Assembly: GCA_035510735.1 (NCBI GenBank)
Contig: DATKGN010000004.1
Location: 7,436 to 71,435, forward strand
Length of the DNA stretch: 64,000 nucleotides
Reading direction: 5' to 3'
Source: Patescibacteria group bacterium
Lineage (GTDB): Bacteria; Patescibacteriota; Microgenomatia; UBA10105; UBA927
Positions within the stretch are counted from its first letter, which is position 1. Each line of letters begins with the position of its first letter. Positions 63,605 through 64,000 of this stretch are shown here, one piece after another. A program made the translations under genes and the position numbers. The notes beneath the pieces were generated by a model. It was given only the letters and a program-made list of their open reading frames with translations. It was not told where the DNA came from and searched no databases.

Positions 63605-64000
63605 ATGGATATCCAGGTGGCAGATGAGCGCATATTAGTCTTTAAAGAACAACTCGCAAAAGACGAGGCAAAAAAACGCGCGTGGGAAAAGAAAATCGAC
63701 GCATTTGGCGCCATAAGTAAAGTCGCAAGCTTCCTCTCAAAGCCGAAAGACGAGGATTTTACGATCATTCACGAAGAGCACCGCCTCGAGCCATTCTGGC
63801 ATGTGGCGGCAAGCGCCCATTACGTCTATGACCGCAGCACCATGTATCAGGTCCCCGTGACCGGAAGTGAAGTGCAATCCGTTACTGTTGAGGGAAAAGA
63901 GTATACGACGATGAACGGACATATTCATACACCGGTTATTGAACATTGCACCGAAGACTTAAAAGAGGAAGTATATGTTGATGGAATAACGGGGGAAAAG
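63605..64000 (+). CDS. Hypothetical protein, 5' partial (runs off the window end)
   Basis: ATG at 63605 (MDIQVADERILVFKEQLAKDEAKKRAWEKK...) is open for 132 codons to the end of the window. It is not in the ORF track because no stop is reached. Confidence 0.4.
   Translation, partial: MDIQVADERILVFKEQLAKDEAKKRAWEKKIDAFGAISKVASFLSKPKDEDFTIIHEEHRLEPFWHVAASAHYVYDRSTMYQVPVTGSEVQSVTVEGKEYTTMNGHIHTPVIEHCTEDLKEEVYVDGITGEK

Noticed and set aside
63562-63946. Minus-strand ORFs 63562..63768 and 63737..63946
   Set aside because: They overlap a longer open plus-strand frame starting at ATG 63605 that runs off the window. The plus-strand partial CDS is preferred.

Overview
This 64-kb window is a chromosomal origin-of-replication region from a small-genome, low-to-moderate-GC bacterium. 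dnaA and dnaN lie at 22.4–25.1 kb, with four consensus-like DnaA boxes and an AT-rich stretch between them. The gene content suggests a monoderm, Candidate Phyla Radiation (Patescibacteria)-like organism. That lineage call is inference only. It rests on tandem VirB2-like mini-pilins, a Gram-positive-style T4SS with a PrgI-like protein, a cysteine-peptidase cell-wall hydrolase candidate and no secretin, an archaeal-type HMGCS/thiolase/DUF35 trio, and many small overlapping genes.

Four blocks:
- 0.3–22.2 kb: a large, AT-rich surface-glycan locus. It has a PglC-like priming transferase, a DegT aminotransferase, a GT2 polyprenyl-phosphate glycosyltransferase, two paralogous GT-C membrane glycosyltransferases, a Wzm/Wzt ABC exporter, several GT4 and GT2 enzymes, a methyltransferase, a sulfotransferase, two Wzy/O-antigen-ligase-like proteins, an Alg14/Alg13 split glycosyltransferase pair and a radical-SAM/SPASM enzyme.
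- 25.1–44.4 kb: a GC-richer type IV secretion (T4SS)-like cluster. It has VirB4 split into two ORFs, a PrgI/VirB3-like fusion protein, an 811-aa protein with a C-terminal papain-like peptidase domain, a VirD4-like ATPase, a VirB6-like protein, six tandem VirB2-like pilin paralogs and a 1353-aa orphan protein. Inside it sit a four-helix-bundle (IVS-protein) gene flanked by inverted repeats, nadD, a Phd/RelE toxin-antitoxin cassette followed by a duplicated nadD 3' fragment, and then an ECF sigma factor.
- 46.1–54.1 kb: a complete mevalonate-pathway operon (HMG-CoA reductase, archaeal-type HMG-CoA synthase, thiolase, DUF35, mevalonate kinase, a GHMP kinase fused to an IDI-1/Nudix-like domain, diphosphomevalonate decarboxylase) ending in uppS.
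- 54.1–64.0 kb: two more pilin-like genes, a SpoIID/LytB protein, smpB followed by a tmRNA (ssrA) not captured by the ORF track, comFC, thiamine pyrophosphokinase, and two tandem tRNA-Ser genes.

Caveats. The ORF track appears to print M for alternative (GTG/TTG) start codons. Several starts were re-placed at internal ATGs by hand. Coordinates of hand-found RNA genes and motifs may be off by 1–2 nt. No CRISPR array, rRNA, integrase or transposase was recognised.
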